Shown here in pieces: positions 9,839-19,367 of a DNA stretch of 64,000 nt. A program made the translations under genes and the position numbers. Source of the stretch: an uncultured Methanosarcinales archaeon (GTDB lineage: Archaea > Nanobdellota > Nanobdellia > Woesearchaeales > CAZYIM01); the NCBI GenBank assembly GCA_964647565.1, contig CAZYIM010000006.1:25045-89044 (forward strand), given 5' to 3'. Positions within the stretch are counted from its first letter, which is position 1. Each line of letters starts with the position of its first letter. The notes under the pieces are model-generated. The model had not been told where the DNA came from and ran no database searches. It saw only the letters and a list, made by a program, of their open reading frames with translations.

Positions 9839-10726
9839 ATGGCCCAACCACAAGTTACTCGAAGAATTGAGGCTAGAGAGATGCTTTTAGAATGTCATAA
9901 TAAGATATTGTTAAACATCTACGGATTGCCAGAAGGAAAACTTCATTTTGACGATGCAATTATAAATGTACTATTTAATGGAAAGCCTGTAGAAAAATTA
10001 CTTGTCCCCAATTTTCTAGATGATCAAAGAAGAGAAACAATAGTAGAAAAAATTTCGCAATCTAGAGAAAATGCGGAAAATTCAATAAACACACCATCAG
10101 GTAATAAAACAGATAAATTAAACAGGCATTTAGATTATGAGATGTTTATCATTGACAAACTAGTTGATTTATCAATTGTCCCTTCAGACATCCAGATGCC
10201 ACCCTCAGGAAAAACATTCTACAAGCAATTTATCATGTACAGCCTAATGAATCAAGGTTTTCAGCTAACCAAGTACGAACCTTATCATAAATCTGCACAA
10301 TGGTTTTCACAATGGACAGATTCATGGTTTGTCAAGCACACCCTTGCCAGGTATGGAACCCTTCATATACTCGAAAACCACCAGAATGATTGGCAAAAGA
10401 AATTTAGTGAGAGCAACACGCCAAAACACAAGGACTTAGATGGCACATTCGAAGCGATGAAAAATCTTAGGCGAGAAATGATAGAAACGCAATCCAAAGC
10501 AAGAAATGGATATAAAACCTTTATCCGTCAAAAACCTGAAATGACAGGATATGCAAGTCTTGTGGCATTGTCAATGGAATACAACGAGCATCTTCGCTTG
10601 GTAAGAGGGCCTGCAGTTTATAACTTTATCAGACAATGTGAAAAAGAAAGGCTCGAACCTTTAACAGAATGCAGAAGAATTCTTGCTCAAAGGAGAGAAT
10701 CTCTCCAGCAAACAATTATAAATTAA
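9839..10726 (+). CDS. hypothetical protein (295 aa)
   Basis: Long ORF starting 1 nt after the upstream stop. Confidence 0.75.
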   Translation: MAQPQVTRRIEAREMLLECHNKILLNIYGLPEGKLHFDDAIINVLFNGKPVEKLLVPNFLDDQRRETIVEKISQSRENAENSINTPSGNKTDKLNRHLDYEMFIIDKLVDLSIVPSDIQMPPSGKTFYKQFIMYSLMNQGFQLTKYEPYHKSAQWFSQWTDSWFVKHTLARYGTLHILENHQNDWQKKFSESNTPKHKDLDGTFEAMKNLRREMIETQSKARNGYKTFIRQKPEMTGYASLVALSMEYNEHLRLVRGPAVYNFIRQCEKERLEPLTECRRILAQRRESLQQTIIN

Positions 10727-10745
10727 ACCTCATTACCTTTATCTG

Positions 10746-11282
10746 ATGGTCAGCCTTAAAGCTATACGGACTATAGGCGTCACTTTATCTATCAGTGTTT
10801 TGCTCTCATATTCTGTGTATTGGGGTATTATTGAACCTCGCAATGACAAGATAGACACTATTATCCAGACAACTGGTATGAGTAAGCATATGGTGGAAAG
10901 CTATCGTGATGTTGGTGTTGATTATGATCTCATCTCTGCGTTTTATATCAGAGAGATCGACCCCGATCTATGGTATGATCTACAGCAAGACAGCACTGCT
11001 ACAAAAGACGACCAATATCGAGTGGCTGATAACAACATATTCTATGGAAATGACTATGTTAAATGGGCAGAGGGTGGTTTTAATGTTGAAACAAGCTGCA
11101 ATTTTGCAGATTATGGAATAAATAATCTTGAAGATGCAATAGCCATCAAGAAGAGGATAGGCATTCCTGATCTTTCTAAGTTAATCCAGAACAGGATTTC
11201 GGCAGACGAATCAATCCCCCTTATGCTTGAAGGAAAGAGTGTTGACACTATTGTTACAGAATATCTAAAACAGAAAAAATAA
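10746..11282 (+). CDS. hypothetical protein with N-terminal membrane anchor
   Basis: Hydrophobic N-terminal helix followed by a soluble domain. Confidence 0.7.
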   Translation: MVSLKAIRTIGVTLSISVLLSYSVYWGIIEPRNDKIDTIIQTTGMSKHMVESYRDVGVDYDLISAFYIREIDPDLWYDLQQDSTATKDDQYRVADNNIFYGNDYVKWAEGGFNVETSCNFADYGINNLEDAIAIKKRIGIPDLSKLIQNRISADESIPLMLEGKSVDTIVTEYLKQKK

Positions 11283-11284
11283 CA

Positions 11285-12019
11285 TCATTCCTTAGTCGGG
11301 AAATCATATGTTCCATGTCTAAAGTTGACATCTTTGGCAATGAAGTTGTGCATGCCGAGAGGTGGAATGTCTCCATCAACTTTAATCCCTTCTTGCTTAT
11401 CAATCTTGACAAATTTATTATCGTCAAGGATAGCATCCAGATACATTGTATCGATGAATGTGCCTCTTGCAGCTGCACGAAGCTGTTCTGCTTTTTGAAT
11501 CGTGTGCTGATAGATAGCTGTTGGTTCATCAAGCTTTTCAACATCATCCATTATCATAAAGGACTTTGCTATCTGGTAGAACTCCACAAGCTTATCATCA
11601 CCTTCTAATTCCCTCGGTGGTTTTGAAGCCATATTCTTTTTAACTGTCTGGACAAAGTTATCCGCCATTTTCCCATAGAACTGGTTTTTAGATTCTTCTA
11701 AACTCTGGGAATATGCCATTGCTGTTGCATCGAACATATTCTGGAACATTCCTGAAGTAGTTTTTAATGTTTTCATAAAAGCATGCATTGTTGATTCGAA
11801 AATCCTTTTCTGCTTATCAATATCGCCATTTTCCTTAGCTGAATCCACCATCAAGTTAATCCTTCTTTCAAATGCTTCATATCGCTTTGTCAAACTTTTC
11901 ATCGACGCTTCAACCTCAGGAAACTGCATAGCGGGCATTGAAGAAAAAATCACACATTCATTGTACATCTGACGGGTGCCTTCAAGGGCTTTATTCACTT
12001 GTTCAATATTAGGTTCCAT
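11285..12019 (-). CDS. hypothetical protein (helical)
   Basis: 244-aa ORF with upstream TTTATAT box. Confidence 0.7.
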   Translation of the reverse strand: MEPNIEQVNKALEGTRQMYNECVIFSSMPAMQFPEVEASMKSLTKRYEAFERRINLMVDSAKENGDIDKQKRIFESTMHAFMKTLKTTSGMFQNMFDATAMAYSQSLEESKNQFYGKMADNFVQTVKKNMASKPPRELEGDDKLVEFYQIAKSFMIMDDVEKLDEPTAIYQHTIQKAEQLRAAARGTFIDTMYLDAILDDNKFVKIDKQEGIKVDGDIPPLGMHNFIAKDVNFRHGTYDFPTKE

Positions 12020-12072
12020 TTTATGGTGGTGAATCTTAGTTTAAATATAAAGTTTTCTAGAAAATAGAGAAT

Positions 12073-12327
12073 TCAGCTCTTCTTGTAAATGTTTTTCCTA
12101 TGGCCGATCTGGATTATAAGTATAATAAGCCTCCCGTTATCCATATCCATAATTATTCTATAATTTCCGATCCTAAGCTTATAACCAGGATCTCCGACCA
12201 GCTTAGTAATGAATGAATAAGGTCTTATCTTTATACGATTCAAAACAGCATATATCCTTTCTCTGACTGCTTTATCTAATTTCCTTAACTGCTTCGAAGC
12301 TTTTATCGAATAGATTATTTCATACAA
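12073..12327 (-). CDS. relE: type II toxin, RelE/ParE family
   Basis: 84 aa, basic; YKLRIGNYRII and IGHRKNIY motifs. Confidence 0.9.
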   Translation of the reverse strand: MYEIIYSIKASKQLRKLDKAVRERIYAVLNRIKIRPYSFITKLVGDPGYKLRIGNYRIIMDMDNGRLIILIIQIGHRKNIYKKS

Positions 12328-12339
12328 ATTAATACACCA

Positions 12340-12558
12340 TCATAGACCTAGCTCTTTTTTAACTTGCTCATGAGTATAAACTTTACCTTGTGCTATTTCT
12401 TTTCGTGCTTCCTCTAATTCTTTCTTAGTCTCTTCAGAAAGTTCCATAGTATCCTCTATCAGATCCCAAATAACGTCCTCATAGCTTTCGTTATCAAATT
12501 GCTTTCTTTTGGCCAGCTCTTTTTGCAATGTTCTGCTTATCTGGATTGTAGTCACCAT
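12340..12558 (-). CDS. putative antitoxin for the RelE toxin
   Basis: 72 aa, upstream of toxin; N-terminal TTIQIS strand, acidic C-terminus ending GKVYTHEQVKKELGL. Confidence 0.8.
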   Translation of the reverse strand: MVTTIQISRTLQKELAKRKQFDNESYEDVIWDLIEDTMELSEETKKELEEARKEIAQGKVYTHEQVKKELGL

Positions 12559-12564
12559 ACCAAT

Positions 12565-12580
12565 CTATAGTCTGCTATAG
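12565..12580. promoter_or_regulatory. putative TA autoregulatory operator CTATAG-N4-CTATAG
   Basis: Palindrome immediately upstream of the antitoxin start codon. Confidence 0.45.
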
Positions 12581-12700
12581 TTTTAATAGTTTTCGGTGAT
12601 ATAATGCTAAAGTTCAGCTTAATAATGATTACTTAAGAAAAAACAGAAGATTTCCGAATCTGAGAAAAGCTTATATATTTAGCTGTATTCCCTTGTTAAA

Positions 12701-13108
12701 ATGACAATCAATCTTGATGATCTGATGAAAGAAGGAGCACTGCAAGTTGCCATAAACTATGCAGTTATTCCGGGCGGTACAATTGACACAGACCAAATAG
12801 GTATTGATAGAGAGCACTTCAGGCCTGATGGAAATTCAGAAAGAGCACCTGAAAAATGCCCATATAAAGAAGGGGATGAGGTTTATGCTTTCACCCCTAC
12901 TCAAGCCTCTAACTTCAAATCCGAGATACTGAAGATTGCTAAGGTCTATAAAGTTACAATCATCAACACGGGTGGAGAGGTGGAGATGCCTGATTTTAAG
13001 GCAGCCTTCAATCCTAAGGTAGCTGCGTTATATCATTCTGTAAATATCCAACAGCTCTTCATTGTCAAAAAAGATGATATGGACAGGGTCTTCAAATACA
13101 GTAAATAA
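12701..13108 (+). CDS. hypothetical protein
   Basis: 135-aa ORF after GAAAAGCTTATATA BRE/TATA-like element. Confidence 0.7.
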   Translation: MTINLDDLMKEGALQVAINYAVIPGGTIDTDQIGIDREHFRPDGNSERAPEKCPYKEGDEVYAFTPTQASNFKSEILKIAKVYKVTIINTGGEVEMPDFKAAFNPKVAALYHSVNIQQLFIVKKDDMDRVFKYSK

Positions 13109-13157
13109 ATATTTTCTATTGACAAACTTTATATAATTAAAAGTCCCAGTTCTATTA

Positions 13158-13577
13158 ATGAAGAAATCTCTGTTGAAGATAGTGGGAATTACCGCTGTTG
13201 TAGGTTCTTGCTTATTATCTTCTGCTTCTGCATCTGATAAGAAACCAGGCGGTATAGTTGGAAATCCCATATCCAATAGAATAACTCTTCTAAAACCATT
13301 GACTCTAGCTGCTTATTATGAAAAACCTGCATTAGAGATACCAATCTTGAACTATCAAAGTCCAACAAGACCAGCAAAGAAAGGAGGTTTTTTATCAGAT
13401 ATTACAGAAAAGGTCGATGAATTAAAATCAGTCTTAGATTTTACACAATATCTGAAATTCCCGCTCGGTGAATTCAGAAATAACACCTACTATATTCGAT
13501 TTAAAGATATCACTTTCGAACCGCGTAAGAATAAATATTTCATCGGAGCTCAGATATATTGGGCGCCCAAGAGATAG
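13158..13577 (+). CDS. hypothetical secreted protein
   Basis: Signal peptide MKKSLLKIVG...ASA. Confidence 0.65.
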   Translation: MKKSLLKIVGITAVVGSCLLSSASASDKKPGGIVGNPISNRITLLKPLTLAAYYEKPALEIPILNYQSPTRPAKKGGFLSDITEKVDELKSVLDFTQYLKFPLGEFRNNTYYIRFKDITFEPRKNKYFIGAQIYWAPKR

Positions 13578-13592
13578 GCTAGTTAATTTTAT

Positions 13593-14111
13593 CTAGGAAT
13601 ACTCCACACATGCTGCTGCAAGATCATGGAAGTTTTTCTTTTGCTTGCTAAGCATCAGTTTTATGGGTGTTTTGAGAAATACTGTTTCTGTCCTATTGGT
13701 TTTTGTAGCATCAATAACCTCTGACTGTTGTTGTATGAGATCTGCCATCTTCTGGAAATACGCTCCGTAATTTTCAAGGGACCCATAGACATCTTTAATA
13801 ATCTCAGGCACTTTTCTTGAAAACTCTTCTCTCGAAATATCGTTAGCGAGCCTGGCCACCTCATACTCTTTGACAATCTCTTCTCCAATCTCATCAACAG
13901 GTAGAACCACACATTTAATATAGAGCTTTCTGCCTTTTTCCCAATCAACCTTGGACCTAAGAAATTTAGGTCTTACCAGTTTTTTAGCCTCAGCAATGCC
14001 TGTATCAGCGTAGCCTTTGACATATTCCCTAAGATCGTCAACTGTCTGAATGTTCTCTTTAAAAGAAGGATTTGAGATAATTTTTCTTATTCTTGCTTCT
14101 AGGATATCCAT
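13593..14111 (-). CDS. hypothetical protein
   Basis: 172-aa ORF with AGGTGG SD. Confidence 0.7.
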   Translation of the reverse strand: MDILEARIRKIISNPSFKENIQTVDDLREYVKGYADTGIAEAKKLVRPKFLRSKVDWEKGRKLYIKCVVLPVDEIGEEIVKEYEVARLANDISREEFSRKVPEIIKDVYGSLENYGAYFQKMADLIQQQSEVIDATKTNRTETVFLKTPIKLMLSKQKKNFHDLAAACVEYS

Positions 14112-14209
14112 TTTACCACCTTGAACAGAAAGGAATGTAGATTTATTTATATAATTGTCTCATTTATGAATAAAAAAAGAAAAAAAATTAGTTCTTTAGG
14201 ACAGCAGTC

Positions 14210-16348
14210 TCAGCTAACACCGTAACAACCAGGTGTGAAACTGTAGCTTAGGGTGTAGGGCTCACAATCATATGCTGGCGAGTTATCGCCGTAGACCCTC
14301 ACATATCGATCGTACTCATCGTTCAATACGCAGGCACCATCCATCGACCAGGTCCATGAACGCGTCTGCCCAGCTAAGACTTCTTGGCAATTGCTGCCGA
14401 CGCTACCGCAGGTCTCACCTGTGCAGAACATGTATGATCCTGCCCCTGACGGTACAGTTAGCGTGATTTCAAGCTGATAGTCCTCGTCCAAGCAGAAAGC
14501 GTCACAGCACTCGCAACTGCCATCACTCTCTACAGCGTCGATTCTATAGTAATCATTATCGCCTAATCCAAAGATTGTCTTGTCTGTATATGTCCTAGTC
14601 TGATCGCTGCCAACAGTTGCAAGTGTTGTTGCAGAGCTGCAGGCGCCGTTAGGCTCGGACGAATCACTGAATGCACCGTTATCTACAGGTCCATCACAGT
14701 TATTATCTAAGTCATCACAGACCTCAGGATTTCCAGGAAATATATTTGCATTAGCATCATCACAGTCTCCTCCTCCAAATGGACAATCAGTTCCAGTACC
14801 ACACCAACCGTCTCCATCCTCATCAACACTTGGCGAGGTGCATACTCCCTCAGTACAAAAGTCTCCTGGCGCACACTGAATACCGCATCCACCACAATTT
14901 GTTACAGTTGTATAATCTGTCTCACAGCCGTCGCTTCCATCGCTATTGCAGTCACCCCATCCTGTCTGGCATATTGGATCACATAATCCTCCAGTACACT
15001 GCTGAATCGCCACATTTTCTGTACCACATGCATATTGGCATGCACCACAATGGTTTATATCACTCCACATGTGTATTTCGCAACCATCACCCTGGTCACC
15101 ATTACAGTCATCCCATTCTGAATCACAACTCCAAGCGCAATCTGCTGGTATCTCCCAGCCTGTTGCAGCCCAATAGAATATGGTCACAGGTACAATATTC
15201 GAAGATGAGTGCAAGGGTGCAACGTCGATGCAATCAACCTGTTTTTGATGTATGCAGTTATCTCCTTCATACACATAGTCAGCAGGACATCCAGATACAC
15301 AGTCAGAGTCAGCACCATCTATGTCGTTGTCGCAATCATTGTCTAGACCATCATTACACGTTGTTTCAGGAGTCTCAGTTGGTACGCCTGGATTACTATT
15401 GCAGATTGTTGGACCGTCAGGGAATGCTACATCGCAGATATAATTACCCATTCTCTGACAAACTCCTGCACCAACAACACATATCTCTCCTTTATTGGTC
15501 CATAACGGTCCCTCATCTATTTCACCATCACAATCATTATCATCACCATCACAGATTTCAGGGCCAGTTGATACGCATTGTCCTTCCAAAGCCTCAAGTC
15601 TTGATAACAAATCAGTATACATCTGTATTGTTATTGGACAGTCACATTCACCTGTATCTCCTTTATCACCAGGCGCACCATCCGCGCCAGGAAGACCTTG
15701 AATACCCTGATCACCTTTGTCACCCTGGCAATCATAGGCATTGCAACCTCCGTTAGCATCTACGTCTTCATGACCATCACACGCACTATTTCCATTTAAA
15801 TCCCAGCAATTAGTTCCGTCAACACCATCCCGACCATCAGCACCAGGGATACCAGGAAGACCATCAGTTCCGTCCTGACCATGTGCGCCAGGCAGACCAT
15901 CTGCACCATCAAGTCCGGGTTCTCCCTGTGGTCCTTGATCACCAGCGTCTCCTTTGTCACCCTTATCTCCCTTTTCACCAAGAGCTCCATTTGCACCATC
16001 CTCACCATCAGCACCAGGAGGACCGGGTGGACCTTCAGGACCAGGTGTCAGCTCAATCTCATCGATCTGGCCCTGAAGATTCATGATTATATCAAAGAAA
16101 CTGTCGACTTCATAGTAATTATAAGCAGTTGAAAAAACAGGAAGACAATTAACCAAACATGACTGGTATTGGTACTGGGCTGCAAAATCATTTCCATTGG
16201 GCGGATTCCCGCAACCATCAGTACAGTCCTTTGAACCCTTCAATGCCAAAGCATGGAAGTTTGAATCATCTTTTGCTGCTGTTGCAAAACCAGAAAAAGC
16301 AATAAACAATAGAATACATACAAATATAATAAGAATTTGTTGTCTCAT
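14210..16348 (-). CDS. secreted collagen-like, Cys/Asp-rich surface protein
   Basis: Signal peptide; Gly-X-Y runs (GPPGPPGADGEDG...); ExCDGxDNDCDG and DCDDxxxxIxPGxxExC putative metal-binding repeats; NCGGCG Cys-rich modules; GGGGGTG SD. Confidence 0.85.
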   Translation of the reverse strand: MRQQILIIFVCILLFIAFSGFATAAKDDSNFHALALKGSKDCTDGCGNPPNGNDFAAQYQYQSCLVNCLPVFSTAYNYYEVDSFFDIIMNLQGQIDEIELTPGPEGPPGPPGADGEDGANGALGEKGDKGDKGDAGDQGPQGEPGLDGADGLPGAHGQDGTDGLPGIPGADGRDGVDGTNCWDLNGNSACDGHEDVDANGGCNAYDCQGDKGDQGIQGLPGADGAPGDKGDTGECDCPITIQMYTDLLSRLEALEGQCVSTGPEICDGDDNDCDGEIDEGPLWTNKGEICVVGAGVCQRMGNYICDVAFPDGPTICNSNPGVPTETPETTCNDGLDNDCDNDIDGADSDCVSGCPADYVYEGDNCIHQKQVDCIDVAPLHSSSNIVPVTIFYWAATGWEIPADCAWSCDSEWDDCNGDQGDGCEIHMWSDINHCGACQYACGTENVAIQQCTGGLCDPICQTGWGDCNSDGSDGCETDYTTVTNCGGCGIQCAPGDFCTEGVCTSPSVDEDGDGWCGTGTDCPFGGGDCDDANANIFPGNPEVCDDLDNNCDGPVDNGAFSDSSEPNGACSSATTLATVGSDQTRTYTDKTIFGLGDNDYYRIDAVESDGSCECCDAFCLDEDYQLEITLTVPSGAGSYMFCTGETCGSVGSNCQEVLAGQTRSWTWSMDGACVLNDEYDRYVRVYGDNSPAYDCEPYTLSYSFTPGCYGVS

Positions 16349-16487
16349 CTAAACACCCCCCACTAATTTATGCTTGGGAGAGATTGAACTATAAATATTT
16401 TTCGCAAAAGCCAAAAAGGAATGTAACAATCAATAAGAGACAAAATTGAGGTAAAGTTTATATAAAATTTCAACTTCCCCCTCCTCT

Positions 16488-17333
16488 ATGATAAGGTATC
16501 TTTGCAGGCAGGGCCAAAATCTCTTGGTTTTGGATGAGATTAAGCAGCATAAGTGGAAGATCAAGTGCTATCCAAAAGGTCTGACAAGAATCAAGAAAAG
16601 ACTTGATGGCTACTTCGGAGATGAATTCAGAGATATCATCAACATCCCCCACGGTTGTAGAGGTACTTTGAACCCAATACTGTCCAAAGCGCAATATAAA
16701 GATGCAGAATTGGTTGATGTCAGCAGAAAAGTGGCTTTTTGTTTCTATAGGAAGTTCATCGATGATATCTTTTTGAAAGCAGATACAGATAATTCATTCG
16801 AGGTTTTTCTGACTCAAAACAGTGAGCGCGGATCAGGTTATAGTTCTCACATTATTAGACGGATCAATGAAGATCTCAATTTTGAGATCGAAAAAACTCC
16901 TTACATAATCGGCATACCTGATGAGGATAGGTTAGCCTATCATGAAGTCTCATTGCCTAACAGATTATCCGGATGTTTTGATGACTTACAGGAGTTCCGC
17001 CGCTATCTTAACAATGACATGGAACCTACAATTACCAAACGTATGGGTATTGCAAAGCCAGACCTTGTTCTTTATTCCCCTGGAAAAGTATATATCATTG
17101 AGATCAAGACATTGCATAGCTACAATCCTAAAAAGATAACTGAGATTAGAAGAGTTATGCGAAAGCAACTGCTTTTATCTTCTTTATTTATTAAAAAGAA
17201 TTTTGATATCCAGGTTGTACCTGTTGGTGTCCAGTTCTGTTATACTGGAAGTAAAGAGAGTCTCAGGTACACACACTTCAAGCTAAATGAAGAGGAAAGG
17301 AAGCTTGAGGTCAGGATTGATTCAAGTGGGTAA
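16488..17333 (+). CDS. PD-(D/E)XK nuclease-like protein
   Basis: KPDLVLY...YIIEIK motif in the C-terminal third. Confidence 0.6.
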   Translation: MIRYLCRQGQNLLVLDEIKQHKWKIKCYPKGLTRIKKRLDGYFGDEFRDIINIPHGCRGTLNPILSKAQYKDAELVDVSRKVAFCFYRKFIDDIFLKADTDNSFEVFLTQNSERGSGYSSHIIRRINEDLNFEIEKTPYIIGIPDEDRLAYHEVSLPNRLSGCFDDLQEFRRYLNNDMEPTITKRMGIAKPDLVLYSPGKVYIIEIKTLHSYNPKKITEIRRVMRKQLLLSSLFIKKNFDIQVVPVGVQFCYTGSKESLRYTHFKLNEEERKLEVRIDSSG

Positions 17334-17346
17334 TATAACCACTGCG

Positions 17347-17460
17347 AAGTCTGTCAGTTCACGATGTTCTCTGTCACTTCGTTGCACTCGTTCCTTGACT
17401 TTTGACTCTTCATATGAATCAAAAGTTTCCTCGACTTCCAAGTTTTTACAACTTAGAAGT
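17347..17460. repeat. structured intergenic element, family B copy 1
   Basis: AAGTCTGTCA...TCGTTCCTTGACTT stem shared with 40272-40304, followed by hairpins ACTTTTGA/TCAAAAGT and ACTTCCAAGT/ACTTAGAAGT. Confidence 0.55.
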
Positions 17461-17507
17461 AGTAAAAAAGCGAAAGGTTTATAAAGGGCTGAGGTTTCTA
17501 CTGACTT

Positions 17508-18263
17508 ATGATCTCAGATATAATTGAAACAATCCACAATGGAGATGGTCGACAGAAAAGAGCATGGTCAGAGACTCTTTTTAACAATATCCAAACTTAT
17601 TATGACAAAGAATCTGAGGATTCTGTAATATCAAATGAAATGAGTCAGCTTCTAGCCAAGGGCAAGATGGAAGAAACCATGAACAATGTAACTGTTGCAT
17701 TGCTGAATGTTGCAGGATATGAGGATCATGCTGTCAAGCTTGCAAAAATGGCAAATATGTCTGTCTATTCCGGACCTGCACTGTCCTCACTACCTAAAGA
17801 TATGAGGGCAAAAGTCGTATCGATCATAAAGAATTCTATTACACTTCCTGGAAGCAATCTTGGCGTCAGTGTCAGAGACATGAGAAATAAAGACGACGCA
17901 AGAGGTGCAGAAACAGAAGATGTAATTCGTTTTGGAGAATTCGAAGATATCTATGTATTTGATCATGGAAAAGGCCATTGTGATTATGCATATTTTAAGG
18001 AGGGAGATAGTTGCATAGAAGTCAGTTTCTGGGGAAGCTCAAATTGCGGAACCAAGAATCATGTCTTTGGACTGGATATAAAAGAAAAACCTCCAATATA
18101 TCAAGCAGGCGATGTCCGCAAGAATGGTGTCAAGCTACAGATGATTCCAGGAGAGGGATTTTCAGAAGAACTTCAGGGCGATCCCACATTCTACCTGAGG
18201 TTTGAATATCAATGCGGCGCTTCAGGACCATATCTTAAGTTACCTGTAAGAAAAGCTGCTTGA
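17508..18263 (+). CDS. hypothetical protein
   Basis: 251-aa ORF after CGAAAGGTTTATAA promoter-like element. Confidence 0.7.
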   Translation: MISDIIETIHNGDGRQKRAWSETLFNNIQTYYDKESEDSVISNEMSQLLAKGKMEETMNNVTVALLNVAGYEDHAVKLAKMANMSVYSGPALSSLPKDMRAKVVSIIKNSITLPGSNLGVSVRDMRNKDDARGAETEDVIRFGEFEDIYVFDHGKGHCDYAYFKEGDSCIEVSFWGSSNCGTKNHVFGLDIKEKPPIYQAGDVRKNGVKLQMIPGEGFSEELQGDPTFYLRFEYQCGASGPYLKLPVRKAA

Positions 18264-18266
18264 ACA

Positions 18267-18704
18267 ATGATTCCTCGTCCAAAAGAGTTTCCTAAAAGCA
18301 AGTACAGGCTAATCAGACTGCCTGGCGAAGAAGACTCGCAGTTGCTCTATCTGCAATTCAAAACTATAGAAAAAAAAAGGCATACTCCCAAATTCTGGAA
18401 AGTAAGTGAAAATGAAGTCTGGCGATTTGTGCCAACTCCTGATGCTTATACTCTCAAAAACATTTATTTCCGGGAAGATAACTGTCCAGAATGGGATGAG
18501 AAACATCGCAAGTTCATCAAAACAAACTGCATTGGCACATTCGAACCACATATGGATCTTGCCTTCAGACTAAACGGCATAAAACCATTCCTGGACAAAT
18601 TCCCTGCTGTTGGCGAATATCTCTATCAGCTAAGATCGCTGGCCGCAGATTATCATTCCAGTGGCAAAAAAGGAAAGATAATAATTGATCAAGATGAACG
18701 ATAA
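18267..18704 (+). CDS. hypothetical protein
   Basis: 145-aa ORF with operon-like spacing. Confidence 0.65.
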   Translation: MIPRPKEFPKSKYRLIRLPGEEDSQLLYLQFKTIEKKRHTPKFWKVSENEVWRFVPTPDAYTLKNIYFREDNCPEWDEKHRKFIKTNCIGTFEPHMDLAFRLNGIKPFLDKFPAVGEYLYQLRSLAADYHSSGKKGKIIIDQDER

Positions 18705-19335
18705 AAAATTTGAATATTCAATATTCCTAAAAAAACTTCGACTTACAGATGATGTTAGAAACCTCAAGCAAGGTCTTGAAATAGAGTTCGATTCGCCCAT
18801 AACATTACTTGTTGGAGATATAGGTGTTGGCAAATCTACTCTTCTCGACCTGATAAGAAGTCAGTATAATATAGACAGCGGATCTTATATGAAACAAGAT
18901 ATGGATAAACATCTTGAAGTTGAGGATACGGGTTTTATAACAGAGAATATAAGATACTACGATTTCCATTCCCAAGACATGAAGTATTCAGGAAGTTTTG
19001 GCTCAGACATGGGCAGCCAGTTACAAGCGATGTGGCAATCCTCTGGACAAGGCGCATTGAGCCAGTTCGCAGCTACAGGGCTTCAACATACAAGAGAATC
19101 ACTGATAATATTGGATGAAATCGGAAGAGGAGCATCGCCAAAACTGAAGTATAGATTTAGGGATTTTTTAGCTAAGATGGCAATCATGAAAAATCAGGTC
19201 ATTGCCTCAACACACTCGGTAGAAATCATGAACATGGCAGGTCTTGATATATGCAAACTTTATTCTGTAGAGCACCTGCAATACATGACCTTGGATGCAT
19301 TTCTGGATGCACATCTTAAGTTGGATAAGAAATAA
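18694..19335 (+). CDS. stand-alone ABC/AAA-type ATPase
   Basis: Walker A GDIGVGKST, signature-like SSGQ, Walker B IILDE, H-loop STHS. Confidence 0.85.
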   Translation: MNDKKFEYSIFLKKLRLTDDVRNLKQGLEIEFDSPITLLVGDIGVGKSTLLDLIRSQYNIDSGSYMKQDMDKHLEVEDTGFITENIRYYDFHSQDMKYSGSFGSDMGSQLQAMWQSSGQGALSQFAATGLQHTRESLIILDEIGRGASPKLKYRFRDFLAKMAIMKNQVIASTHSVEIMNMAGLDICKLYSVEHLQYMTLDAFLDAHLKLDKK

Positions 19336-19367
19336 ATCAGGAATACCTAAAAAGAATTGTCGTTCTT

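Noticed and set aside
14779..15756. 325-aa His-rich ORF on the + strand
   Set aside because: Antisense shadow of the Asp/Gly/Cys-rich collagen-like gene.
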